NCBI GenBank assembly: GCA_037308085.1
Contig: CP147779.1
Location: forward strand, 1,120,001 to 1,184,000
Direction of reading: 5' to 3'
Length of the DNA: 64,000 nt
DNA from: Promethearchaeati archaeon SRVP18_Atabeyarchaeia-1
Lineage (GTDB): Archaea; Asgardarchaeota; Atabeyarchaeia; Atabeyarchaeales; Atabeyarchaeaceae
Part shown: in pieces, positions 54,831-64,000 of the stretch
Layout: every line of letters begins with the position of its first letter
Position numbering within the stretch: position 1 is the stretch's first letter
The notes under the pieces: model-generated
What the model saw: the letters and a program-made list of their open reading frames with translations, nothing else
What the model was told of the DNA's origin: nothing
Databases searched by the model: none
Translations under genes and position numbers: made by a program

Positions 54831-55724
54831 TCACTGCCGAGGGATCTTGAAGTACTCGTAGAATCCTCCCTTGCCCCCGATTTTCATTCTCGGGTTCCCA
54901 GTGAAGCCGGATTTAACAAGCTTCTTGAGTGTCAACGGAGGAGCATATCGCGGATCTCCTATCTCGTTGTACAGGTATTCGGATATGTGAAGAAGAGTGT
55001 CGAGGCCTATGAAATCCCCCAGCTCAATAGGGCCTAGTGGCCAGTTGAATGCCAGCTTACTCATTGCATCGATGCCTTGAATTCCAGCGACGCCCTGCTC
55101 GAAGAGCCTTATTGCCTCAAGAATCCAGCTTGCTATGTACCTTGTGGTGAAGAAACCTGGTGTGTCGTTTGCTGGGATTGGCGCTTTGTCAAGTCGCTTG
55201 CAGAAATCCAGCATGAGATCATAAGTCTCGTCGGATGTGACAGCCCCCCTTACGACTTCTATTAGCTTCATTACAGGCGCAGGATTGAAGAAATGCAGAC
55301 CGATTACTTTCTCGGGTCTGCTTGTTGCTGATGCGATGTCCGTTATCATTATCCCGGACGTGTTTGACGCGAGAATAGCCTGTGGGGGGCATAGTCCGTC
55401 GAGCTGTTTGAAGACTCTCTTCTTTAATTCCAAGTCTTCTGGGGTTGCTTCAATGACGAGGTCAGTATCCTTGGCAGCTTCTCTCATGTCAGTGGTGATC
55501 CTAATGTTTGAGACTGTCGCTTCAACCGCGTCCTTCGTTGTTTTGCCTTTCTCGAGAGCTCTGCTTAGACTTGCTTTGATCTTCTCAAGCCCTTTAGTGA
55601 CGAGTTCGTTGGTCAGATCAGTCATGTAAACCTTGTAGTTGCTCCTGGCACATACTTCCACAATACCTGATCCCATTATGCCTGCTCCTAAGACTGTGAT
55701 TTTCTTTATGTCTTCGAACCTCAT
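54831..55724 (-). CDS. 3-hydroxyacyl-CoA dehydrogenase
   Basis: GAGIMGSG, SNTS, HFFNP, PLGPIEL.D.IGLD. Confidence 0.95.
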   Translation of the reverse strand: MRFEDIKKITVLGAGIMGSGIVEVCARSNYKVYMTDLTNELVTKGLEKIKASLSRALEKGKTTKDAVEATVSNIRITTDMREAAKDTDLVIEATPEDLELKKRVFKQLDGLCPPQAILASNTSGIMITDIASATSRPEKVIGLHFFNPAPVMKLIEVVRGAVTSDETYDLMLDFCKRLDKAPIPANDTPGFFTTRYIASWILEAIRLFEQGVAGIQGIDAMSKLAFNWPLGPIELGDFIGLDTLLHISEYLYNEIGDPRYAPPLTLKKLVKSGFTGNPRMKIGGKGGFYEYFKIPRQ

Positions 55725-55913
55725 CGATCATGTCAACCTCAAAAAGCAGAATATTCTTGATCTTGTTCTGAAGTAAAAAATGCGAAAAGGTCCTCCTGCC
55801 CTATGACGAATGGTTAAGGGCTTCTACTATTTAAGCAATGATACGAGCTCTATTTTTGGGCCTTGCCTGCACAGCCGGCGCGAATTTATGATAATGAATC
55901 TCGGAAAGATTGT

Positions 55914-56711
55914 TTAGCCCTCTTGGACCAGTGCCCGTATCCGGTTCGTGTCGATCTCCGACATTGTCTGACGGAACCATGCAGTTGCCTCAGAATACTT
56001 CTGTCGCAGATCGTTTTCATCTCTAACAAAGTACAAATGTTGAAGTCGATGAATCACTTCAGTCGGAAGTTCGTAGTGCACATACCGAGTCTTGAAGTCA
56101 AAGTGATACGGATTGTGCTTCATGCGTAGTGCTTCAAGCAATGATCCAAGAGTAAGATAATGATAGTTGTCTATCGCTTCAATTAGATTCCCCCTGTTTA
56201 TTTCCTTCATAACGAAATTGTTGAACATGTCCATCCTCCCTTCGAGCCTGCCTTTTCTCTCGAGTATTCTCTCACCTAATGCGTTCCTATCGGTGTGAGG
56301 AATCCTGATCTTGCCAGACTTATTGAAGTGGAACACCGCGTTGCCATGAATCTCTGGCTCTAGGAACCTCTCCCGGCCACTACGTTGCATTATGGCTAGG
56401 TCTACGAGCAAGTACTCGCTCGCCAGCTCCAGTTTGTAGAATGCTTGAGCGATGTTTGGCTCAGGGGGAACTGGCGGTTGATACTTCCGTTCTATTGGTG
56501 ACAATGATTTCAATGCCTTCTCGACGGCTAGAAATGCATCGTCGACTTTCTTGTCATCGACAACTAGGTAGAGATCGATGTCTGACCATTCATCAACTCG
56601 GTGGAAGGCTATCGCGCCAGCTTCCCAAAGAGCATCGACATATTCGAGCGGTTCCAAGTCCTCAACAAGCTTCTGAACGATGACCTCGCGCTTCAGGCTT
56701 CTACTGTTCAT
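55914..56711 (-). CDS. Pol-beta-superfamily nucleotidyltransferase + helical domain
   Basis: WEAGA.A....DEWSDIDL and VDLA acidic motifs. Confidence 0.82.
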   Translation of the reverse strand: MNSRSLKREVIVQKLVEDLEPLEYVDALWEAGAIAFHRVDEWSDIDLYLVVDDKKVDDAFLAVEKALKSLSPIERKYQPPVPPEPNIAQAFYKLELASEYLLVDLAIMQRSGRERFLEPEIHGNAVFHFNKSGKIRIPHTDRNALGERILERKGRLEGRMDMFNNFVMKEINRGNLIEAIDNYHYLTLGSLLEALRMKHNPYHFDFKTRYVHYELPTEVIHRLQHLYFVRDENDLRQKYSEATAWFRQTMSEIDTNRIRALVQEG

Positions 56712-56825
56712 GCCTCAATCGCCCCACCTGCAGAGATGCAAAAACTTCTAATGCAACCTCCAATTCCCAAAGAATATATGGCTTACAAATCAAGTATCTC
56801 GCAACAGTGAGACTAATATCCGTTT

Positions 56826-58175
56826 CTAGAAATGTGGAATTTCGTGGAAGGCCGCATTTCTATTCGGTGCGTTGGCAGCATACTTGGTCCAGCCTGCTCT
56901 CCCGGCCTTCGGCTCTCCGGGAGTGTACAGGTATTCATTCCTCATATGCTGCCAAGAGGCGACCGCACTCACGGCAAACGGTTGACCGCAAAGGCGCAGA
57001 CCGCGCTGGAGTATCGCCAAGCTGGCGAGCCTGTCACGGTCGTAGTCCACGCCGCATTTCCCGCATCTGCTTATGACCCAAGCTGGGTGCTTCAACTTCC
57101 CACCGCAGACGGGACACTCAGATGACGTCCCCCTTGGGCTAACATACAAGGTCCTGCAACGACTCTTATACTCCACCATTCCTTGGAAGGCCGTGTAGGG
57201 CCAGCGGTTAAGGTGCATCCTCAGCTTCTTGCTCGTCCCACGTTTTTGCCCGTTTCTCCGTATACCTTTAAGGTCCTCGAAGACGAAGCTTGTGTCAGGG
57301 TTCTCCCGGACGATCTTGGTTGACAGCTTCTGCAGGGCGTCTGTGACCCTGCGCCTCTGCCTGCCCCTCGCCTCGCTGAGCTTCCTGGCTCTCTTCCCCG
57401 GGTTCCTGACGTGCAACTGGAGGCGCCTCCGCCTCCTCGAAAAGTCGTTCTGAACCCGGACTATCCCGCCAAGCGGCTCCGTGTGAGGTGGCTCAAGCTT
57501 GCCGCCGCTGACCGCAGTGTAGTCTACGCTTTGGAAGTTGAGGTCTGAGCCTGCTCGCCTCCTGCCGAGAGGTTTCCCGCCGCTGGCCCCGACCAGGAAT
57601 GTGACCGCCAGTTTCCTGTCGGTGAGCAGGATCTCGGAGACCCTCCCCGCGCTGCTGTACTCGCTCCACTTCTTGTGGCTCGGGGTGAACGTGATGTACT
57701 CGTAGGTGAAGGGCTTCAAGGTCACCCTGACGGTCACAGCTCCATCCGGGTTCGCCATGGCCCGGAAGAGTTCGGAGTCAATCCTCATGGCTAGCCTCCT
57801 GGCTCGTGGTAAGCCGAGCTTCTTGTTGCGCTTCCTGTACGCCCTGAGTAAAGCTACGGCGGTTCTGCAGACCGGGTTGATGTGGTGCCTGGCGTAGCCG
57901 CCATACGCTGAGTCGAACCAGGGCTTCACCTTCCTTCTCAGTAGGATTGGGTTGGGCACCAGGCCGCTGATATCGGCCAGGGCGTACGCGTGGGCTAGAG
58001 CCTCGTTCAGCGCGTTCCTCATGTCTTCGAGGTACTTGAGGATGGCGTGAGAGGGCTCGTACCTGACCGCGATGGTTCTCTTCTCGCCTTCTCCAGCCTT
58101 CCACCCATGGTGCTTCCCTTGATGCGCCAGCACCGGCGCGGCAGCTGCGCCAGTCTTAGCGCGGGCCCGAAGCAA
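56826..58175 (-). CDS. tnpB: TnpB (IS200/IS605 family), intact D-E-D triad, no TnpA
   Basis: GSDLN, VFEDL, NRWPY..VEYKS, TSSECPVCG..CGKCG, DRDRLA; high GC. Confidence 0.9.
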   Translation of the reverse strand: MLRARAKTGAAAAPVLAHQGKHHGWKAGEGEKRTIAVRYEPSHAILKYLEDMRNALNEALAHAYALADISGLVPNPILLRRKVKPWFDSAYGGYARHHINPVCRTAVALLRAYRKRNKKLGLPRARRLAMRIDSELFRAMANPDGAVTVRVTLKPFTYEYITFTPSHKKWSEYSSAGRVSEILLTDRKLAVTFLVGASGGKPLGRRRAGSDLNFQSVDYTAVSGGKLEPPHTEPLGGIVRVQNDFSRRRRRLQLHVRNPGKRARKLSEARGRQRRRVTDALQKLSTKIVRENPDTSFVFEDLKGIRRNGQKRGTSKKLRMHLNRWPYTAFQGMVEYKSRCRTLYVSPRGTSSECPVCGGKLKHPAWVISRCGKCGVDYDRDRLASLAILQRGLRLCGQPFAVSAVASWQHMRNEYLYTPGEPKAGRAGWTKYAANAPNRNAAFHEIPHF

Positions 58176-58343
58176 CTTTCGTGTTCCCCCAAGAGAGTGA
58201 AGCCGCTACACATCCGCTTATATCTAATTACACCTATTTATACAATCCATCCGAACTGTTCGTATCCCTTCCGCAGTCAGTACCAATCAAATAGGAGATA
58301 TAGAATCATCGCGAACAGGATATTAGAGACAGGAGTTGAGAAA

Positions 58344-59297
58344 ATGGTTTCTGAAGGAGCAAGAAAGGGGGAGAATAGGCTTGCTTCCCAGGAGGTTCTC
58401 TTCGAGAAGAAGAATATGGTCGCCAAGGTTACTATTAATCGCCCCAAGGTTTACAACGCGTATACCACGAACACCTTGAAGGAGCTTGCTCAAGCTTTTG
58501 ATGATGTCTCAGACGATGACTCGATCGGTGTGGCGATCCTGACGGGCGCTGGTCAAGCCTTTTGTACGGGCGGCGATGTGAAGGAGTACGCGGCGGTCTA
58601 CCAGAACGCGCCCCACCGCTACTGGAACTACATGGTTACCTTTGACAAGGCTGTCACCAGTATCAGGAACTGCAGGGTACCTGTCATTGCGAGAGTTAAT
58701 GGTATTACTGCCGGGGGTGGAAACGAGCTTCACCAAGCTTGCGATCTCTCTATAGCTTCTGAGGATGCCAAGTTTCTTCAGGTGGGAGTCAGAGTGGGGA
58801 GTGTGGCAGCAGGAGGAGCAACCCAGTGGCTTCCGATTCTCATCGGGGATAGAAGAGCTCGATGGATGCTGTATACCACGGATGAGGTTGACGCAGCAAC
58901 TGCTGAGCAGTGGGGGCTAGTCAACAAGGTCGTCCCAACAACCAAACTTGATGAAGCTGTGCAGGAGCTCTGCGACAAGATCCTCACAAAGTTCCCTGAG
59001 TGCCTACGATATACGAAGGTTCAGGTTAACTTCTGGAAGGATTTTGCATGGAACAGCACGATTCAGCACGCAAGAGATTGGCTTGCACTGCACATGGGGT
59101 CGGCTGAAGCAAACGAAGGAATGCGCGCATTTGTTGAGAAGAGGCCAGCAGACTACGCTGGCATTAGAGAGAAGCTCGCCAGAGGCGAAGCGCCAGAGTT
59201 GCCCTACGGGCAACCGACAAGAACATGTCCTAAGTGCGGGGCAAGGAACATCCCCCAGCGATTCAAGTTCTGTGGAATGTGCGGCAGCAAACTATGA
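58344..59297 (+). CDS. Crotonase-family C-C hydrolase (Oah/BamA-like) with C-terminal Zn ribbon
   Basis: YNAYTT, AFCTGGDVKEYA, GGGNE, QVG..VGS..AGGATQWLP, CPKCG..FKFCGMCG. Confidence 0.78.
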   Translation: MVSEGARKGENRLASQEVLFEKKNMVAKVTINRPKVYNAYTTNTLKELAQAFDDVSDDDSIGVAILTGAGQAFCTGGDVKEYAAVYQNAPHRYWNYMVTFDKAVTSIRNCRVPVIARVNGITAGGGNELHQACDLSIASEDAKFLQVGVRVGSVAAGGATQWLPILIGDRRARWMLYTTDEVDAATAEQWGLVNKVVPTTKLDEAVQELCDKILTKFPECLRYTKVQVNFWKDFAWNSTIQHARDWLALHMGSAEANEGMRAFVEKRPADYAGIREKLARGEAPELPYGQPTRTCPKCGARNIPQRFKFCGMCGSKL

Positions 59298-59548
59298 AAC
59301 CTCCATCAGCACACCCAACATCTTTTTCTCTTCCTATCAACTTCGTCGCGTCGAAATAACCCACGACCAAGCAGTGCGCGAAAAGCGAGGTTCCCTTCTA
59401 GACGAGTCTACCTTCGCGCGAATTTTCCCCAATTGACCAAAGGAATCTTATGATCGGTCATGTGAGCTTCGCTGGTCACTAGTATCGCGCGCGCCTGCGA
59501 TCAGAAAGTTTTAAAAGAATCGCGGACAGAGAAGATGAATGACCCGAG

Positions 59549-61012
59549 ATGTTTGCGAAGAAACTTAAGTGTATCTACTGCGGAGAAGAGTATGACATAC
59601 CGCGGGATGGGGAAGATCCGCGACTGGACAACAAGTTGATGTGTCCAAAGTGCGTGGGTATTCACAAGTGGATCTATGGGTCGCTAGATGTCGTGTACGA
59701 TTATGACGAGATCCGTGAACACGTGGATCTCAAGAAGCTTTTTGATTTTGATTTTCAGATAGACACGATGTGGGGCTTCAAGGATCTCCTCCCGATCAGG
59801 AGACAGGCCGTAAGCCTAGGTGAAGGGGATACACCTTTCTATACGTGCGAGAGGATTTGCCAGGAACTTGATGTGTCAAATCTCTACCTGAAACATGAAG
59901 GTGCCAACCCTACAGGGTCGTTCAAGGATAGGGAATCGGCAGTCTGTGTCTCACGCGGTCTCGAGATTGGAGCCAAGGGAGTCACGTGCATATCATCGGG
60001 GAATGCGGCAGGATCTCTGGCTGCATATGCCTCACGGGCCGGGCTGAAATGCCTTGTTTTCACGCCCAGTAGTGCTTCTCCTGAGAAGATGACTCAGATA
60101 GGGATATTCGATGCGGAGCTCATTGCAGTTGACGGTATCCTCGAGGACGTGTGGGAGCTCATAAACAGAGATCCCAATGGTGTGGAAGACGACCAACTTC
60201 TGAAGCTAGTTGGCATGACGTATAGATACTACTATGACTGCAACGCAGCCCTCAACCCCTACAGAGTCGAAGGGGATAAGACCGAAGCGTACGAGATCTA
60301 CAAAGGAATGAAGGACGTGCCGGACTGGGTTGTAGTTCCGACGGGGAACGGCAGTAACCTTGCTGGTATTTGGAAAGGATTCAAAGAGATGTATGTCCTG
60401 GGCATCATCGACCGGTTACCAAAACTCATCTGTGTTCAGGTCAAAGGCGGAGATCCGATCGCCAAGGCGTTTGAGCAGAAAAAGGATTACTCAATCAGAA
60501 TCGATAATCCGCCTGACTCGATAGCTGAAGGCATAGTTGCGAGGGATTGCTACGACGCGACAAAAGCCCTTCGCGCGCTCAAAGAATCCAATGGGATAAC
60601 TGTAGCCGTCGACGATCTTGAAGTCATCGAGTATATGGAGCTCCTCGCAGGAAAAGAGGGCGTGTTCGTGGAGCCGACATCCGCAACATCATTGGCTGCT
60701 GTAGGAAAGCTAAGGGAGACATACGCACTTGACAAGTCTGACCGCATAGTCTGTGTGCTTACTGGGTCAGGTCTCAAGGCGACTAAGGAAGTCATGGTTA
60801 AGTGTAAGAAAGAAGTCAAGCCAATTGACAAAGTCAAGAAGAATGATTACTCTACACTTATCAGAGACATAGCAAAAGTAGCCAAGAAGCAATTTCCATC
60901 ACTTCAGATCCCCCTGCCTAGCTCCATTGCACCTGAAGCAGCAACGAAACCTGCCAATGGATCTTCAAGTAGAAGCGGTGCAGCGAACAACTCATCAAAT
61001 CACAGGCAATAG
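59549..61012 (+). CDS. thrC: Threonine synthase-like PLP enzyme
   Basis: SLGEGDTP, NPTGSFKDR, SSGNAA.S, PTGNG, EPTSA, LTGSGLK. Confidence 0.85.
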   Translation: MFAKKLKCIYCGEEYDIPRDGEDPRLDNKLMCPKCVGIHKWIYGSLDVVYDYDEIREHVDLKKLFDFDFQIDTMWGFKDLLPIRRQAVSLGEGDTPFYTCERICQELDVSNLYLKHEGANPTGSFKDRESAVCVSRGLEIGAKGVTCISSGNAAGSLAAYASRAGLKCLVFTPSSASPEKMTQIGIFDAELIAVDGILEDVWELINRDPNGVEDDQLLKLVGMTYRYYYDCNAALNPYRVEGDKTEAYEIYKGMKDVPDWVVVPTGNGSNLAGIWKGFKEMYVLGIIDRLPKLICVQVKGGDPIAKAFEQKKDYSIRIDNPPDSIAEGIVARDCYDATKALRALKESNGITVAVDDLEVIEYMELLAGKEGVFVEPTSATSLAAVGKLRETYALDKSDRIVCVLTGSGLKATKEVMVKCKKEVKPIDKVKKNDYSTLIRDIAKVAKKQFPSLQIPLPSSIAPEAATKPANGSSSRSGAANNSSNHRQ

Positions 61013-61047
61013 CAGTCTCCTCTTTCCTTTGGCCTCTCGATTCCCAA

Positions 61048-62532
61048 CTAAGTTATGTTGTAGACTGGCGCCGTAGGTATCATATTATAGTTGCTTGAAA
61101 GTGCCTGCTGGTAGGCGCCGACGTCTAGAACCATGAGGATGTCTCCTTTCTCAGTTCTCGGTAGTCTCCTTGGACCAGTGCGGTCTCGTCCCCATGCGAA
61201 AACATCCCCGGAATCACAGGCTATCCCACCAATATTGTAAAGACCCTCCGAGGGCTTGCCTATTTTCGAGGCATTTAGGATCTCGAACCACTGTTGAAGC
61301 AGGACAACGTCATGTGTGTCAGTCATTGCGCTTCCATCAGTGATGATCCACTTGTCGGATCCTTTGAGCGAACCCCTGAAATCATTGAGCACGTCGAAGG
61401 TATCCGTAACGGTAAGTACAAGCGCCGTTGAGTTGGCGACCAGCCATCTTCCAGGCTCCAGGCATAACTCCGGGTAGTCCCCTCCCTCATCTTCGTAGAT
61501 CCTAGTTAGGGTGGAAGTGACCTCAGATGCATATTCCTCTATATCATAGCTGGGCCAGAACTCTCCATATTCCTCGATGTCTGTCGGCTCAGTCTTAACA
61601 TATTTCACGGCGACGCCTCCCCCAATGTTGACCTGTTCTATGTGGACCCCGAGCTTCTGCTCAAGTTCGAGTGCCTTTGAGCATAAGATCGGTATCATTC
61701 CCCGGCTATCATCCTCGTGCTCCCCAGCTACCCCTAATAACGCGTCTAGGTTTGATATCTGGGAACCAATATGGGAGTGTAGCTGAACGACCCTGAGGTC
61801 GCCACTTCCTTTAATCTCTCTTACGATATCCACAGTGTTTTCGAGCGGAACCCCGAACCTCGTATAGCCAGCGCCAGTCGCTAGGTCTTCGGCAGTCCTT
61901 GGTCTTATTGCTGGGTTGACCCGAACACCAACACGCACTCCGCCACCGAGCTTGTGTGCGATCTTGGCCGCAAATCTGGCTTCTTCAGCCGAGGACAGAT
62001 TGACGATCACATTGTACCCATCCTTTAGCTGGCTTCTAAAGGCGACTTCAATAAGTGATTCCTTGTATGGACGTTGCGCATAATGTTTCGAAACCCCATT
62101 ACAGGTAATCTGAGGCTTCTCTTTTCCGGTTGCGTCCTCCTTCAGGAGGCTCAAAGAGTAGATAAGCTCATGAATATTCGTGACTTCGGTCCCAAAACCT
62201 TCTCTCACCATTCGCTCTGCGACAGGTTGAAGCGGGTTTGCCTTCACCGCGTAGGATGGACTAAACTTGCCAGGGTACTCTCTGAATGAGCGAACAAGGC
62301 GCTTGGCGTTGCCCGTGACTTGTTTCAAATCGACCAGATACTGACGAGTTCCACGTTCGCGAACAAAATCCAGAACGTCAACGCCGCCAAAAGTGACACT
62401 CCCACCCGGTGTGAGTCTCAGGCTCTCCGCAAGGTTCTTCTTTCCTATGTAAACAGAAGGATCAACTTGGCAGACGGCATCCAGTTGAGTGGCATGAGTC
62501 AAATCTGGTGCAGACCTCCAACTGAAAAACAA
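61048..62532 (-). CDS. Group IV PLP decarboxylase (LysA/diaminopimelate decarboxylase family); likely start TTG 62502
   Basis: YAVKAN, RFG, HSHIGSQ, NIGGG, EPGR, CDSGD, GAY. Confidence 0.85.
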   Translation of the reverse strand: MFFSWRSAPDLTHATQLDAVCQVDPSVYIGKKNLAESLRLTPGGSVTFGGVDVLDFVRERGTRQYLVDLKQVTGNAKRLVRSFREYPGKFSPSYAVKANPLQPVAERMVREGFGTEVTNIHELIYSLSLLKEDATGKEKPQITCNGVSKHYAQRPYKESLIEVAFRSQLKDGYNVIVNLSSAEEARFAAKIAHKLGGGVRVGVRVNPAIRPRTAEDLATGAGYTRFGVPLENTVDIVREIKGSGDLRVVQLHSHIGSQISNLDALLGVAGEHEDDSRGMIPILCSKALELEQKLGVHIEQVNIGGGVAVKYVKTEPTDIEEYGEFWPSYDIEEYASEVTSTLTRIYEDEGGDYPELCLEPGRWLVANSTALVLTVTDTFDVLNDFRGSLKGSDKWIITDGSAMTDTHDVVLLQQWFEILNASKIGKPSEGLYNIGGIACDSGDVFAWGRDRTGPRRLPRTEKGDILMVLDVGAYQQALSSNYNMIPTAPVYNIT

Positions 62533-62613
62533 TCATGATTAATAGTTGTTTCTGGTACCGTACCTAGTCTTTAGTAATCCGCTTATTACATTGTCTGTGG
62601 GAGGACGCAGAAG

Positions 62614-63357
62614 TTGAGAGTCATTCCAGTAATCGATATTCTTGGTGGCGTGGTCGTTCATGCGAAGAAGGGGGAGCGAGGCAAATATCAACCTATCAAA
62701 AGCATATTATCGGCATCGGCTGAACCAGTCGAAATCGCCAAGGCGTTCTACAGGGAGTTCTGCTTCGAGGAACTCTACGTTGCCGACTTGGACGCAATAC
62801 TGGGCAAAAGTATCGCCGTTGACCAAATAAGGAGAATCTGTGAAACGACTCCAATGCACCTCATGGTAGATGCCGGCGTCAATACTCTCCAAGGTGCAAA
62901 GAAGCTCAGAGAGGCTGGGGCATCGAAGATCATCGTTGCCAGTGAGACCCTCAACAGTCTCCCAGCGTTATCACGAATAGTCGCGAAGATGGGTTGCGAC
63001 CGAATAATATCAAGTCTTGACCTAAGGGATCGGAAGGTCGTGAGCAGGTCTCCGAAGATGAGAATGCAGTCACCAGTCGCCGTGGCCGGGATTCTAGAAG
63101 GTTTAGGCGTTTCCCAACTGATCGTGCTCGAGTTGACTAGAGTTGGGAGCGAACTAGGTGCAGATAGATCCATCGCCGAGTCGATCGTGAACTCTGTCAA
63201 GATCCCTGTCGTGACAGGTGGCGGTGTCAGAGACATTAACGATCTGAATGAGCTCAGAAGAATCGGAGTTGACGGTGTTCTCGTTGCCACTTCTCTTCAT
63301 ACAGGCGCCATAACTCCTGGAGATGTGCGCCATTTCATCGGAAAAAAGAGGCATTGA
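62614..63357 (+). CDS. HisA/HisF-related TIM-barrel protein (TIGR00734-like)
   Basis: IPVIDI.GG.VVHA..GER..Y.P, LYVADLDAI, L.RVGS..G, GGGVR. Confidence 0.82.
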   Translation: MRVIPVIDILGGVVVHAKKGERGKYQPIKSILSASAEPVEIAKAFYREFCFEELYVADLDAILGKSIAVDQIRRICETTPMHLMVDAGVNTLQGAKKLREAGASKIIVASETLNSLPALSRIVAKMGCDRIISSLDLRDRKVVSRSPKMRMQSPVAVAGILEGLGVSQLIVLELTRVGSELGADRSIAESIVNSVKIPVVTGGGVRDINDLNELRRIGVDGVLVATSLHTGAITPGDVRHFIGKKRH

Positions 63358-63488
63358 TTAATCGAAACTGCTGTGGTCCCTCTTTTGGCGAATGAGTGGT
63401 TAGCTTTTATCGGTTGACACCCCAAACCTATGGGTATAAGTAGAGGCGATCGCGACAAGGCAGTCTGAAAGCAGAGGTGGCGTTTGCA

Positions 63489-64000
63489 ATGCAGCGCAGG
63501 ATTTTCTCTATTACTGGAGTGCACGGCTCCGGAAAGACCACAGTCTACAACTCTTTGAGAGCGCTGCACACCGGAGATCCAAACTGGATCTTCATGCCAG
63601 AAAGAAGAGGTCACCCCCCATATCCTTTTGGCTCCAAAGATCCTCAGATCGCCTTCCGAGCTGAGTTGTGGTATCTGCGCCAGATGCTGCAACGAAATGG
63701 GCTAATCAGAGAACAGAAAGAAAACGGGGCAATTATCATGTGCGATAGAAGCCCAATATGCATCCTGGCTTATTCACACGCCCTCTGTTCGCCAGGTGAT
63801 TACAGGATCATCAGAGACCTCTACTTTGGGGTTGATTGGATGGAGGATGCTACATTCTACCTCCAAATGAATTTGGAGAGCACAATATCTAGGCTCACAT
63901 CCGGACGCAGAAAGAATCTGTCCAAGTGGAACGAGGGAGACGAGACATACATCCTAAAGGTGTTGGACGGCTACGAAAGGGCTTTCAAAGAGGTCAAAGA
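63489..64000 (+). CDS. P-loop kinase (deoxynucleoside/thymidylate-kinase-like), 3' truncated by the window
   Basis: Not in the ORF track; MQRRIFSITGVHGSGKTT..IIMCDRSP...AY stays open to the window end. Confidence 0.8.
   Translation, partial: MQRRIFSITGVHGSGKTTVYNSLRALHTGDPNWIFMPERRGHPPYPFGSKDPQIAFRAELWYLRQMLQRNGLIREQKENGAIIMCDRSPICILAYSHALCSPGDYRIIRDLYFGVDWMEDATFYLQMNLESTISRLTSGRRKNLSKWNEGDETYILKVLDGYERAFKEVK

Noticed and set aside
58047-58343. 99-aa N-terminal extension of the crotonase ORF
   Set aside because: Overlaps tnpB and an AT-rich promoter region; ATG 58344 with upstream GGAG is the better start

Overview
Archaeal chromosomal window (proteasome alpha, ApgM, ADP-forming acyl-CoA synthetase, TrmB, TRAM, GTPBP1-like GTPase, TATA-type promoters, about 50% GC by eye). 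Gene content suggests a TACK/Asgard-type anaerobe (inference, not a taxonomic call). The first ~20 kb is an acyl-CoA/lipid catabolic cluster: FadD, a thiolase/DUF35/catalytically degenerate HMG-CoA-synthase trio, AcdA, BKACE, two IVD-type acyl-CoA dehydrogenases, an Ltp4/Ltp3/DUF35-like retro-aldolase module, SCP2 and an OYE. More beta-oxidation genes lie at 36.8-40.5, 54.8 and 58.3 kb. Mobile DNA: three TnpA-less tnpB genes (one broken by two amber stops), a 231-bp protein-less IS200/IS605 mini-element that keeps only its ends, a TATA-like box and an omegaRNA-like segment, a 47-bp end-fusion relic of the same family, and an AbrB/LAGLIDADG-HTH cassette with an ATAGGTAG repeat array. Best candidates for undescribed biology: (1) a DapA-like aldolase lacking the DHDPS Arg138, fused to formaldehyde-activating enzyme; (2) an MJ1316/DUF504-EndoIV-like fusion (candidate RNA end-repair enzyme); (3) the omegaRNA-only mini-element; (4) the branched-chain/isoprenoid catabolic cluster. 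No rRNA, tRNA or CRISPR array was recognised. All assignments come from motif recognition by eye; no searches were run.
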